In this document: positions 1-8,563 of the stretch, in pieces
How positions within the stretch are numbered: position 1 is the stretch's first letter
Layout: each line of letters opens with the position of its first letter
Source: a bacterium
Lineage (GTDB): Bacteria > UBP7 > UBA6624 > JBBIMK01
Direction: 5' to 3'
DNA length: 32,000 bases
Assembly (NCBI GenBank): GCA_037444445.1
Contig: JBBIMK010000001.1
Coordinates: forward strand, 150,001-182,000
Notes under the pieces: generated by a model
Database searches by the model: none
What the model saw: only the letters and a program-made list of their open reading frames with translations
What the model was told of the DNA's origin: nothing
Made by a program: the position numbers and the translations under genes

Positions 1-842
1 ATCAGCGTCAATCCCTGTTTTGGGGGCTGGAGGACACCCACTGGGTAACTGACAGGTGGGGAGTTTACCTTCAAACCGGCTGGGAAGCCATAGAAAACAG
101 GTATCAAGAAACCCGCCGTGAACACCTCATCTCTGCCCGTTTAGGAATGACTTATGAAGTGGATTCACATATTGCCATCAAAGGGAACATAGGCAAAGGC
201 TACCGAATTCCTAATTTTACAGAACTCTTTGGCGACCGAGGATTTGTGATGGGCAATCCAGACCTGGTGCCTGAAAAAAGCCTGAATATGGATGTAGGAG
301 GGAATTTTTCTGGTCGCTGGGGAAACTTCACTCTTGCTTACTATGAATCCCATCCCAAAAACCTTATCTTATACTGGCAAAACTCACAAAGAACGATTAA
401 GGCATTTAATCTGGAGCAGGCAGAAATCAAAGGCGTGGAGTTCAGCCTGAAATCCCGATGGAAGCGGAACGACATTCTAACAAACTATACCTATCAGCGA
501 GCGGTGGATAAGGGACCATCATTCTGGGAGGGAAATCTTTTACCTTCCCGCCCGGTGCACGAGGCATTTTTTCGTCTCCAGCACAAATTTTCAAGGAAAT
601 TTCCTATCACGGCTCACTATGAGTTTGCGTACACAGGAAAAATCTATTTAGACCGAGCGAACCAGATTCTAACGGGTGGCATTCGGACTCACACGGCAGG
701 GTTTAGTGTGCAACGCGGTTCGCTCTTCTACACGATAGAGGTCCGGAATATCAGAAATGTGAGAGGGAATGATACCCTGGGATTCCCGTTACCCGGAAGG
801 GCATGGTTCCTTTCCATGTCCACACCCATTCAGAAAAAATGA
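1..842 (+). CDS. TonB-dependent outer-membrane receptor, C-terminal beta-barrel part (5' end outside window)
   Basis: The frame of the 147..842 ORF stays open back to base 3, so the gene enters from upstream. The translation shows TonB-dependent-receptor barrel text (GYRIPNFTELFGDRG, NPDLVPEKS) and alternating aromatic/polar strands. Confidence 0.7.
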   Translation, partial: QRQSLFWGLEDTHWVTDRWGVYLQTGWEAIENRYQETRREHLISARLGMTYEVDSHIAIKGNIGKGYRIPNFTELFGDRGFVMGNPDLVPEKSLNMDVGGNFSGRWGNFTLAYYESHPKNLILYWQNSQRTIKAFNLEQAEIKGVEFSLKSRWKRNDILTNYTYQRAVDKGPSFWEGNLLPSRPVHEAFFRLQHKFSRKFPITAHYEFAYTGKIYLDRANQILTGGIRTHTAGFSVQRGSLFYTIEVRNIRNVRGNDTLGFPLPGRAWFLSMSTPIQKK

Positions 843-1501
843 ATCGGTAGATGCTCAACAGGAGCATTCTCCAGAGCGATTTCATACCGCAAACGGCAAA
901 TCGGACACAGGGCAGGGGTCTGCTGGTCCAACTCTTCCACGTTTGCGGCTTCATACATAACGCATGGCGGGAAGGGGCAGGGAGTAAGACCAAAAGTTTC
1001 ACCGAGAGCATAAAGAGCAACCTTTTGTATTCTCCGGATGAGGACTTCTTCATCACTTCGCAAACCCGGAGACCAAAGTCGGTGCAGGCTCACAATACCT
1101 GCGCCACCGCCTCTGAGTCCTGCCCCAAAAACAAAAGGCTTTCCATTTGCAAACAAATCTATGGAGGTTAATCCAATACAGCGATAAAAATCAAATCCTT
1201 TTTTCCGTTCCTCCTCCAGGATATCCAGAAGAACAGAAGTGCGGAACTGCTGACGGTTCTCATCAAAGGCTTCTTTCGGTGGAGGTATTTCTGGATGATG
1301 CTTGTATCGTCTCATCACATCCTGAGGCGCGGGGATACGAAATTCGCTCAGACAAATCTCCGGAATAACTTCCAGGTGCGAGGTGTCCACTTTTCCCACT
1401 GGAACCAGCAACAATCGGGTGCGATACCGAGGCTGAAACTCGAAGCGGTTATAGATTGGTTCGGACTCCGGCATGAGCATAAAGCCCCTTTTGACGAGCA
1501 T
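830..1501 (-). CDS. archaemetzincin-like (peptidase M54 fold) protein with a degenerate catalytic site
   Basis: The C-terminal half aligns by eye to the archaemetzincin signature HEXXHXXGX3CX4CXMX17CXXC. It reads YALGETFGLTPCPFPPCVM-X16-CPIC, so the Cys4 site is kept and the His/Glu residues are replaced. The start could also be Met8 or Met10 (1480/1474). Confidence 0.6.
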   Translation of the reverse strand: MLVKRGFMLMPESEPIYNRFEFQPRYRTRLLLVPVGKVDTSHLEVIPEICLSEFRIPAPQDVMRRYKHHPEIPPPKEAFDENRQQFRTSVLLDILEEERKKGFDFYRCIGLTSIDLFANGKPFVFGAGLRGGGAGIVSLHRLWSPGLRSDEEVLIRRIQKVALYALGETFGLTPCPFPPCVMYEAANVEELDQQTPALCPICRLRYEIALENAPVEHLPIHFF

Positions 1502-2201
1502 CCTCTAAGTAACTCCGAAGTTCTTCTTCACTGATTTGATGAAAATCTATATAAAAACTGCCAACCGCAAAAAAGGGGGTGTCCACTGAATACACGCAAA
1601 TCGCATCCTCTACGAAGGAATGGAGTTTTGCAAGGGTATCAGCGGGGGAAACCGGGACGGCAATTCCGACCCTTGTATACCCAAACCTCTTCAGAGTCAA
1701 TGCAGCGGCAATGGCGGTGTAGCCTGTGGCAAGGCCATCGTCAATCACTAACGCCATCCTGGTCGGGTCAAGATAAGGGGGGAGTCCTTCCGCCAGATGC
1801 CGGTGAATTTCCTGGGTATTTTTAAGCACTCTCCCGGCAATCTTTTGAATTTCATTTTCCTTGAGATCCACTTCCCGAATAACTTCCTCATTTAAGTAAG
1901 TGGTTCCATCAAATGTGATGGCGCCGAATCCGGTTTCCGGGCTGAACGGTAAAGGCAATTTCCTGGATACAATCAGGTCCATGGGAGCGTTCAATTTTTC
2001 AGCAACCGCCAGCGCTACCGGGATTCCCCCGCTGGGGATGGCAAAAAGCACAACCTCTCCTACGGAGTGTTTTTGAATTTCTTCCGCCAGCAATCTTCCC
2101 GCTTCCAATCGGTCACTAAACGGAAGCACATCTTTCACCTTCCATCCTTTACTATAATCAGTTTCCACACAAAAAGCAAGGTTAAAAGATGGAACAGGCA
2201 C
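1449..2201 (-). CDS. phosphoribosyltransferase-family protein (type I PRTase fold)
   Basis: It has the PRPP-binding loop LVIDDGLATGYTAIAA and the N-terminal FSDRLEAGRLLAEEI typical of the 'putative phosphoribosyl transferase' family. The true start may be internal. Confidence 0.65.
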   Translation of the reverse strand: MPVPSFNLAFCVETDYSKGWKVKDVLPFSDRLEAGRLLAEEIQKHSVGEVVLFAIPSGGIPVALAVAEKLNAPMDLIVSRKLPLPFSPETGFGAITFDGTTYLNEEVIREVDLKENEIQKIAGRVLKNTQEIHRHLAEGLPPYLDPTRMALVIDDGLATGYTAIAAALTLKRFGYTRVGIAVPVSPADTLAKLHSFVEDAICVYSVDTPFFAVGSFYIDFHQISEEELRSYLEDARQKGLYAHAGVRTNL

Positions 2202-2287
2202 AGAAAGAAAAGGACGACACAGGGTTATCTCTTACATAAGTACCCTATGGAATACCCTTCAATGGGAAATCAAATGGGGATCAAAAC

Positions 2288-3385
2288 TTAGCCGGGAACA
2301 CAAATAGACCGAATGAAGTTTTCAAAGATGCTGTATAGCTGCTCCAGTGAATCACAACTCACCCATTCTTCACGAGAATGAATGCCGCTTCCCCGGGGAT
2401 AGATAATGACGATAGGGATGTTTTTTTCGGCGAAAAAACGACCATCAGTGGCACCATGCTCCCGGGAAAGAGTGGTGCCACGCCCCAGCACTTTCTCCAC
2501 CACTTTTCGGAAGGTTTGAATATCGGGATGGTCAGGGGGAGAATATACGACTTCTCCGGTGGTGAGAACTTCCATTTTGACATCGGGAGTTTGACTCAAA
2601 ATCCCCTCAATTTCTGTTTGCATGTCCAGAAGGGAATATGGTTCGGTGAAGCGGATGTCCAGTTCCATGGTGGCTTCATCGGGCACGATATTGACCTTTT
2701 TCCCGCCAGCAATCCTGCCGAGGTTAAGGGTAGGATGCCAGTGGTGAGTATCCCCGCAGGGTTCCGAAGGGAAGCGAGCCTTCAAACGGGAGTAAAAATC
2801 CAGAAGTCGGTCAATGGCATTCACACCTTCCCAGGTTCTGGAGCCATGAGCCGATTTTCCTTGCGCCACAGCGCGGAGGTGCAACACTCCCTTTTCGCCG
2901 ATGACCATTTCAAAATTTTCGCCTCCATCAGGAATCACAGCGAAGTCAGCCTCCCAGCCCTCTTGTCTCAGTAAATAGGCCACACCGTTCTCGCTTCCGA
3001 TTTCTTCATCCGTGGTCAGCATAAGAGACACGGGATAAGGGTGAGGAAGGTTTTTGAATAAAGTCATCATGACGGCGCATGAACCCTTCATATCTAAGGC
3101 TCCGCGACCCCAGATTTTTTCGTCTTTCTCCATAGCGTGGAACTGCTCAGGCTCCGCATCCACTACATCCAGATGCCCCACAAACATCACCCGACTTCTC
3201 TTTGAATCCGGTTGAAAGGTGGCCACCAGGGAGGGCTTTCCATTTCTTTCGTACCGATGAATTGTCAAAGCCGGACGGCGGAGAAAATCCTCCGCAAACT
3301 GAATAATGGCTGCAAGTTGGTCTCCATTCTGGGCAGTGGTTTCAAATTCTATCAATTTTTTCAATAATTCTTTCATCCTTATCAC
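2288..3385 (-). CDS. M20-family metallopeptidase (ArgE/DapE-like deacylase)
   Basis: M20 metal-ligand blocks are present (VGHLDVVD, TTDEEIGSENG, GKSAHGS). The length of 365 aa is typical. Substrate cannot be assigned from sequence. Confidence 0.75.
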   Translation of the reverse strand: MIRMKELLKKLIEFETTAQNGDQLAAIIQFAEDFLRRPALTIHRYERNGKPSLVATFQPDSKRSRVMFVGHLDVVDAEPEQFHAMEKDEKIWGRGALDMKGSCAVMMTLFKNLPHPYPVSLMLTTDEEIGSENGVAYLLRQEGWEADFAVIPDGGENFEMVIGEKGVLHLRAVAQGKSAHGSRTWEGVNAIDRLLDFYSRLKARFPSEPCGDTHHWHPTLNLGRIAGGKKVNIVPDEATMELDIRFTEPYSLLDMQTEIEGILSQTPDVKMEVLTTGEVVYSPPDHPDIQTFRKVVEKVLGRGTTLSREHGATDGRFFAEKNIPIVIIYPRGSGIHSREEWVSCDSLEQLYSIFENFIRSICVPG

Positions 3386-3415
3386 ACCCCCGGGAAATTA
3401 TATCAGATGGATATG

Positions 3416-3424
3416 TGATATAAT
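3416..3424 (+). promoter_or_regulatory. extended -10 promoter element TGaTATAAT
   Basis: A perfect TGnTATAAT sits 9 nt upstream of the ATG at 3434, with no Shine-Dalgarno between them. The -35 region is poor. Confidence 0.4.
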
Positions 3425-3433
3425 GACATTACG

Positions 3434-4138
3434 ATGTCAAAGTCGGGAAATGGTAGTAATTGGGTGAAGTGGATATTTATTGGGTGCGGATGCCTGATTC
3501 TGGGAGCCATCATCCTGGTTGGGGTGGTCGTGGGATGTGGAACCTGGGGCTTGAAAACGGCCTCAAAAATGTTCTATTCCCCACCTCCGTCTGTAACCAT
3601 GGCTTCATCCGAATCTCCTGCCGCCTCCAATGCGTTGGATTTTCTTCTCGGGTTGAAATCGTTGAGAGAAGCAGGCATTCAGAGGAAATTCCTGGAAATA
3701 TCAGAAGGTGATATAAACGCTTATCTGGAGAAAAACCGCACTGCGGAAAGTCAAATCGAATCCCTGGTGATGGATTTGGGCTCAGGAGGCTTTTCCCTGT
3801 ATTCTGCCGTGTCTCTCATTCCAGCACAAATGAGCGATGGACAATCTCTGAAAATTTTTCCCTCTATGCACATGAGTGTCCTCGCGGATTTTGAGATACA
3901 AAAGGACAAATCCGGGAAAGTTTCGTGGGTGCCCATTCGCTATCAGGTTGGTAATTTTCCCGCTGAAGCGAGTCAGGCGCAGATTCCTCGGATTCTAATG
4001 ATTTTCTCGGAAATCTCTCGCCGACAAAGGGAGCCTTTCTTCCGAAAACTCTATCGGCTTCTGGATGAAGGATTGGAACTTCCTGAAGAGGTCAAGTCGG
4101 TGGAAATTGTCCCGGAGCGCATCCGAATCCAATTTTAA
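3434..4138 (+). CDS. hypothetical membrane-anchored protein (single N-terminal TM helix)
   Basis: The 234-aa ORF has a hydrophobic segment WIFIGCGCLILGAIILVGVVVGCG near the N-terminus. I recognise no family motif. Confidence 0.5.
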   Translation: MSKSGNGSNWVKWIFIGCGCLILGAIILVGVVVGCGTWGLKTASKMFYSPPPSVTMASSESPAASNALDFLLGLKSLREAGIQRKFLEISEGDINAYLEKNRTAESQIESLVMDLGSGGFSLYSAVSLIPAQMSDGQSLKIFPSMHMSVLADFEIQKDKSGKVSWVPIRYQVGNFPAEASQAQIPRILMIFSEISRRQREPFFRKLYRLLDEGLELPEEVKSVEIVPERIRIQF

Positions 4139-4147
4139 TCCAGTGTA

Positions 4148-5392
4148 TTAGAACTCGCCGGAAAATTCCGGGAAGATTTGAATTTCAATAGGCGCACCGG
4201 TAGGGATCACGGATACTTTCTCCGGGCATAAAATGAGGCAGTTTGCTCTTGACAGGGAAGTGAGAATATGAGAACCGAATGGACCTGCCGATTGGACATA
4301 AAGCGTTCCATCTTTCAAACTGGCTACGCCACAAATAAACTCAAAGCGTCCAATTTTTTTAGAAATGTCCTCCGTGAGGATGGCCACTCTTCGGGGCAGA
4401 TAAACTTGAGAAAAGCCCATTATCTTACGAATGGCTGGATAAACGAATTCATAAAAGCAGACGAGAGAAGAAACAGGGTTTCCGGGTAAGCCGAAAACCA
4501 GGGTGCGGGAATGAGAATCCTTTTCAAAAACACCGAAGTATAAAGGTTTCCCTGGCCTCTGATTCACCTGCCAGAAAATGCGCCTGCACCCCAGGCTTTC
4601 CGCCACCTGTTTCACACGGTCATATTCTCCCACAGAAACTCCTCCGGAAATCAAGAGTAAATCCGCCTGGTTGAAGGCTTCCTGAAGGCGGTTCTGGATA
4701 CTCCTATCGTTATCTTTTTCCCTACCCAGAAAGAAAGGTGAAATGCCCATATTTTTGATGGCAGAGGTTAAACTGAAGCAGTTAGAATCCCGAATTTGCC
4801 CTGGTCCGGGAATTTCTTCCGATGAAACCAGCTCATCCCCAATCGTGAATACGGTGGTGCGTGGAGGCGGATATACCTGGACCCAGTTCAAACCGAGGGA
4901 AGCGAGAACGCCAATGGACGCTGGCGTGAGGACTGCGTTGGCTGCCAGAACCATAGAGGTTAACTGAATATCTTCGCCACGATGGCGGATATTTTCACCG
5001 GGCTGAACCGATTTGTGGATTCGCACCCATCTGTCCTGTGCTGGAGTAGTGAATTCTTGCATAATGACTCCATCTGCTCCGCCTGGCACGGGTGCACCGG
5101 TGAAAATGCGAACGGCCTCTCCTGGCTGGAGAAAAAACGGAGAAGCCTGCCCTGCCCTCACCTCTCCGATAAGTTTAAGAGTAATAGGACGCTCAGAGGT
5201 GGCAGAAAGCACATCTTCCGAACGGAGCGCATAGCCATCCACTGCCGAATTATCAAAGGGCGGAATATCTTCCCCTGAATAAATGTTCTCCGCAAGAATG
5301 AGCCCAACGGCTGAATGTAAATGCACCTTCAGGGGCTTCAGGCGCTGAGACTCATTCAGCACCTTATGCTGGGCTTCCTCAACCGAAAGCAT
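4148..5392 (-). CDS. moeA: molybdopterin molybdenumtransferase MoeA
   Basis: Length and MoeA blocks fit (PPFDNSAVDGYA, ISGGVSVGEYD, GLPGNPVSS). An SD GAGGG lies about 9 nt upstream. The gene sits 15 nt downstream of nth. Confidence 0.85.
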   Translation of the reverse strand: MLSVEEAQHKVLNESQRLKPLKVHLHSAVGLILAENIYSGEDIPPFDNSAVDGYALRSEDVLSATSERPITLKLIGEVRAGQASPFFLQPGEAVRIFTGAPVPGGADGVIMQEFTTPAQDRWVRIHKSVQPGENIRHRGEDIQLTSMVLAANAVLTPASIGVLASLGLNWVQVYPPPRTTVFTIGDELVSSEEIPGPGQIRDSNCFSLTSAIKNMGISPFFLGREKDNDRSIQNRLQEAFNQADLLLISGGVSVGEYDRVKQVAESLGCRRIFWQVNQRPGKPLYFGVFEKDSHSRTLVFGLPGNPVSSLVCFYEFVYPAIRKIMGFSQVYLPRRVAILTEDISKKIGRFEFICGVASLKDGTLYVQSAGPFGSHILTSLSRANCLILCPEKVSVIPTGAPIEIQIFPEFSGEF

Positions 5393-5407
5393 TCCACTAC
5401 CCTCGCT

Positions 5408-6085
5408 TCACCCGGAAGCGAACGCGGACGGGCAAAGGTGTTGAAGAATACAAGCCTCACACAAAGGCTTTCTGGCTTTGCAAATCTTTCTTCCATGAGC
5501 AATCAACAAATGACTGAATAAAATCCAGTCGGATTTCGGAATCAGACGGATTAAATCCTTCTCAACCGCTTCTGGTGTCTTCTGTTGAGTGAAACCCAGG
5601 CGACGGGAAAGACGCTGGACATGGGTGTCCACCACCACGCCTGAGGCAATCCCATAGGCATTTCCCAGCACGACATTAGCCGTCTTCCGCCCGACCCCAT
5701 CCAGCGTGAGTAAATCCTGCATCTTACAGGGAACTTTCCCATCAAACTGCTGAAGAATTTTCCGGCAGGCATTCTGGATGTGCCTGGCTTTATTTTTGTA
5801 AAAGCCTGTAGATTTTATGGCCTGTTCCAGTTCCTTGCGGGGTACCTGTACAAAGTCTGTGGCGGTAGGGTATTTTTTGAATAAGGCAGGAGTCACCTGA
5901 TTCACCCGCTCATCCGTGCACTGGGCGGATAGAATAGCCGATACCAGTAGCTGGAGCGGATTCCTGTGGTCTAAGGTGCATCGTGCCTCTGGGTAGGCTT
6001 CCTTCAACAGACTGACAATCTTCATTGCTGTGTCTTTATCCCTTTTCACAAACTTTTTACTGTTCATTCGGCTTTTCCATCCCAT
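5408..6085 (-). CDS. nth: endonuclease III (DNA glycosylase/AP lyase)
   Basis: The HhH-GPD text LLTLDGVGRKTANVVL and the C-terminal 4Fe-4S cluster CX6CX2CX5C (CKARKPLCEACILQHLC) are present. The start is ambiguous: ATG 6085 lies 6 nt after a TATAAT, ATG 6067 is the alternative, and the 6142 start in the ORF track is probably too long. Confidence 0.85.
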   Translation of the reverse strand: MGWKSRMNSKKFVKRDKDTAMKIVSLLKEAYPEARCTLDHRNPLQLLVSAILSAQCTDERVNQVTPALFKKYPTATDFVQVPRKELEQAIKSTGFYKNKARHIQNACRKILQQFDGKVPCKMQDLLTLDGVGRKTANVVLGNAYGIASGVVVDTHVQRLSRRLGFTQQKTPEAVEKDLIRLIPKSDWILFSHLLIAHGRKICKARKPLCEACILQHLCPSAFASG

Positions 6086-6091
6086 TCCATA

Positions 6092-6097
6092 ATTATA
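6092..6097 (-). promoter_or_regulatory. -10 box TATAAT (minus strand) upstream of nth
   Basis: The reverse complement of attata is TATAAT, 6 nt upstream of ATG 6085. The -35-like element (TTGGTT, 15-nt spacer) is weak. Confidence 0.3.
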
Positions 6098-6333
6098 GAA
6101 AAAATATGGGTGAACCAAAAGCGATATCAGGCTTAATGTCAAAGTGAGTTTTTATTCGGGGGGTGTTGGAGGAAGCGCTCAGTGCAGTGAGGCTCTGAGC
6201 CTTTTCTACAGTCTTGATTCAATGGGGATTTCCCTGCCCATCCCTGGGGCTAAAAAACTCTATGGGATGAAAATCCGGATGAAGATGCCGGGTTGAGACA
6301 GTCAGCCAGGAATATGGTAGGATAAAGATAGAA

Positions 6334-7050
6334 GTGGAAGGAAAGGCATCGGAACTGACGGTAGTGAAAAGCCTGCGGGAGTGCCTGCCAGTAGTGGAGG
6401 TTTTTTACAGTATTCAGGGGGAAGGTATCACAGCGGGCAGGCCGGCGGTATTTCTCCGTCTCGCCTTCTGCAATTTGTCCTGCATCTGGTGCGATTCCAA
6501 ATTTACCTGGGAAGTCCCGGTGCTGGATTTTCAGTGGCAGAAGTTTGAGGAAGTTGCTTCTCAAATCGGTGAATATCCGTGCCGGCGACTCGTAATCACA
6601 GGCGGTGAACCACTGGTATGGCAAAATAGACTGGTAGAGCTTTTATCGCTTTTATCGGAGCATACGGTGGAGGTGGAAACGAACGGCACCTTCCTGCCCC
6701 ATCCTGATTTTCATGCCTTTGTATCTCAATACAATGTGTGCCCGAAACTTTCCAATACGGGGCTGGAAGAGGAGGTTCGGTTGAAGTGGAATGTGCTGAA
6801 ATTTCACCGGAACTCCGAGAAAAGTTATTTCAAGTTCGTACTCGTCCGGGCTCAGGACATCCATGAAGTTTTAAGTGTAGTGGAGCGATTGAGGGTTCCA
6901 CCCGAGCGAGTGATTCTCATCCCGGAGGGAACTACACAACAGCAGATTGCCCTTCGTCGCCCTTTTGTTGCAGAACTTTGCAAGAAATATGGCTTCCTTT
7001 ATTCGGAGCGCCTGCATATTCTTATCTGGGGAAATCAGCGAGGCGTGTAA
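6334..7050 (+). CDS. queE: 7-carboxy-7-deazaguanine synthase (radical SAM, queuosine pathway)
   Basis: VEVFYSIQGEGITAGRPAVFLRLAFCNLSCIWCDS carries the CX3CX2C radical-SAM cluster. Also present are VITGGEPL, CPKLSNTG and a C-terminal HILIWGNQRGV. The start is GTG 6334, or GTG 6364. Confidence 0.85.
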   Translation: MEGKASELTVVKSLRECLPVVEVFYSIQGEGITAGRPAVFLRLAFCNLSCIWCDSKFTWEVPVLDFQWQKFEEVASQIGEYPCRRLVITGGEPLVWQNRLVELLSLLSEHTVEVETNGTFLPHPDFHAFVSQYNVCPKLSNTGLEEEVRLKWNVLKFHRNSEKSYFKFVLVRAQDIHEVLSVVERLRVPPERVILIPEGTTQQQIALRRPFVAELCKKYGFLYSERLHILIWGNQRGV

Positions 7051-7067
7051 AGGGTCCCTCTGAAGGG

Positions 7068-8546
7068 GTGACAGAAATCGGCAGAACCTGCTCATTCCCT
7101 CCAGCCTTCGTAGAACGGGTTCAAAAGATGCTGGGGGGCGAATTCAAGACCTTTCTACAGTGGTGTGAAAAACCCTTAAGAAAGGCATTAAGAGTCAATA
7201 CAAGGAAGGTTTCATCGGAAGTATTTCTGGCTCGTGCCAGAGAAAGAGGCTGGCATCTTATTCCCATACCCTGGTCAAAAGAAGGATACTGGATAGACCG
7301 GGAGAATCGGGAAGTGCCCCTGGGAAAATCTGTAGAGCATTATGGGGGATGGTTTTATCTGCAGGATCCTGCATCTATGATTCCTCCCGAAGTGATGAAA
7401 GCGCAGGAAGGGGAGTGGATTTTGGATCTGGCGGCGGCGCCCGGCGGAAAGACCCTCCATATCTCCTCTACTATGCAGGAGAAGGGAATCCTGATTGCGA
7501 ATGATGTTTCAGCCCAACGAATAAAGGGTCTGGTTTCAAACCTTGACCGTATGGGTGCGGTGAATGTGGCCGTCGCTCAACTGAATGGGAATCAGTGGGG
7601 GCGCCTCTTCCCTAATACCTTTCACCAGGTCCTCTTAGATGCTCCTTGCAGTGCGGAAGGGACTATTCGCAAAGATTCCTTCGCCCTGGAGCATTGGAGC
7701 CTTCGCGTGATTGAAAAGATGGCACGCCAGCAACAACCTTTAATCCTTTCTGCTTTTCAATGCTTAAGGTCCGGAGGCACGCTGGTATATTCCACCTGCA
7801 CGCTATCGCCGGAAGAAAATGAAAGAGTAGTGGATTTTCTCCTCAGAAAATTTCCGAACAATGCGATGGTCGTGGAATGGGAGTTGCCCGGTTTATTGAC
7901 TTCACCAGGGGTAAGCGAATGGGAAGGCAAAGCATTCGTTCAGGCAGAAAAGACGAAACGAATCTATCCTCATCAGAATGATACGGAAGGGTTCTTCGTC
8001 GCAAAGATTCGGAAGCAAGAAGAAACCCATGCCCGAAAAATGGGATATCATACTGGTTCAGAGAAATCAAACCTCTGGAGGCTTTTATCAAAGCAAGAAC
8101 GCCATCATATATTCCTTTTTCTTTATGAGCGATATGGTATCCCGGAAGAGACTTTTGACGGCTTTGAATTGGTAGAAGCCGGGCGTTCCCTGTGGTTATG
8201 GAAAACCGAATGGATAAAAGTGGCAAAGAGATTTCCCTTTATTCGGTATGGTCTTCGGTTAGTGAGTCGTTATGAGAAGAAAAGACCCGCAGAGCCGTTC
8301 ACCCTCAAACTTTCCACCTGGGCGGTTCAGCGCTTCGGGCCTTTCGCTCAACGAAACATCCTGAATCTCTCCGGAGAAGAAACCGCACAGTATCTGGAAG
8401 GGAAAGATATTTCCCTTTCATCAAAGAGTGCAGAGATATCGGAGGGAATTGTGCTGGTGCGAGGAGAAAGAGTTTTTCTCGGAACCGGGTTATTGAAAGG
8501 CAATCTGTTAAAGAATCAACTCCCGAGATACAGCCTTGTCCTCTGA
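7068..8546 (+). CDS. RsmB/RsmF-family rRNA cytosine-C5 methyltransferase with C-terminal extension
   Basis: SAM and catalytic blocks are present (DLAAAPGGKT, ANDVS, LLDAPCSAEGTIRKD, LVYSTCTLSPEENE). The ORF-track start at 6978 overlaps queE, so I placed the start at the first in-frame GTG after the queE stop. ATG 7128 is the alternative. Confidence 0.75.
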   Translation: MTEIGRTCSFPPAFVERVQKMLGGEFKTFLQWCEKPLRKALRVNTRKVSSEVFLARARERGWHLIPIPWSKEGYWIDRENREVPLGKSVEHYGGWFYLQDPASMIPPEVMKAQEGEWILDLAAAPGGKTLHISSTMQEKGILIANDVSAQRIKGLVSNLDRMGAVNVAVAQLNGNQWGRLFPNTFHQVLLDAPCSAEGTIRKDSFALEHWSLRVIEKMARQQQPLILSAFQCLRSGGTLVYSTCTLSPEENERVVDFLLRKFPNNAMVVEWELPGLLTSPGVSEWEGKAFVQAEKTKRIYPHQNDTEGFFVAKIRKQEETHARKMGYHTGSEKSNLWRLLSKQERHHIFLFLYERYGIPEETFDGFELVEAGRSLWLWKTEWIKVAKRFPFIRYGLRLVSRYEKKRPAEPFTLKLSTWAVQRFGPFAQRNILNLSGEETAQYLEGKDISLSSKSAEISEGIVLVRGERVFLGTGLLKGNLLKNQLPRYSLVL

Positions 8547-8563
8547 CCCGTTGACCTCTGACC

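Noticed and set aside
1449-1501. A 53-nt overlap between the PRTase-family gene and the archaemetzincin-like gene. I considered a frameshift or fusion.
   Set aside because: The two genes are in different frames and each has a complete domain. Alternative starts at 1480/1474 shorten the overlap, so ordinary overlapping-gene packing is the simplest reading.
6177-6207. A hairpin (gctcag-12 nt-ctgagc) followed by CTTTTCT on the plus strand between nth and queE, which looks like a terminator.
   Set aside because: The stem is only 6 bp and no plus-strand gene lies upstream for it to terminate. It sits upstream of, not after, the putative pseudoknot, so it does not work as an expression platform.
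6250-6624. A 124-aa minus-strand ORF across the queE leader and 5' end.
   Set aside because: It is antisense to queE, matches no family, and has no SD.
6978-7067. The upstream part of the rsmF-like ORF, overlapping queE by 73 nt.
   Set aside because: The family N-terminus (FPPAFVERVQKML…) begins after the queE stop, and the overlap region is better explained by queE coding.
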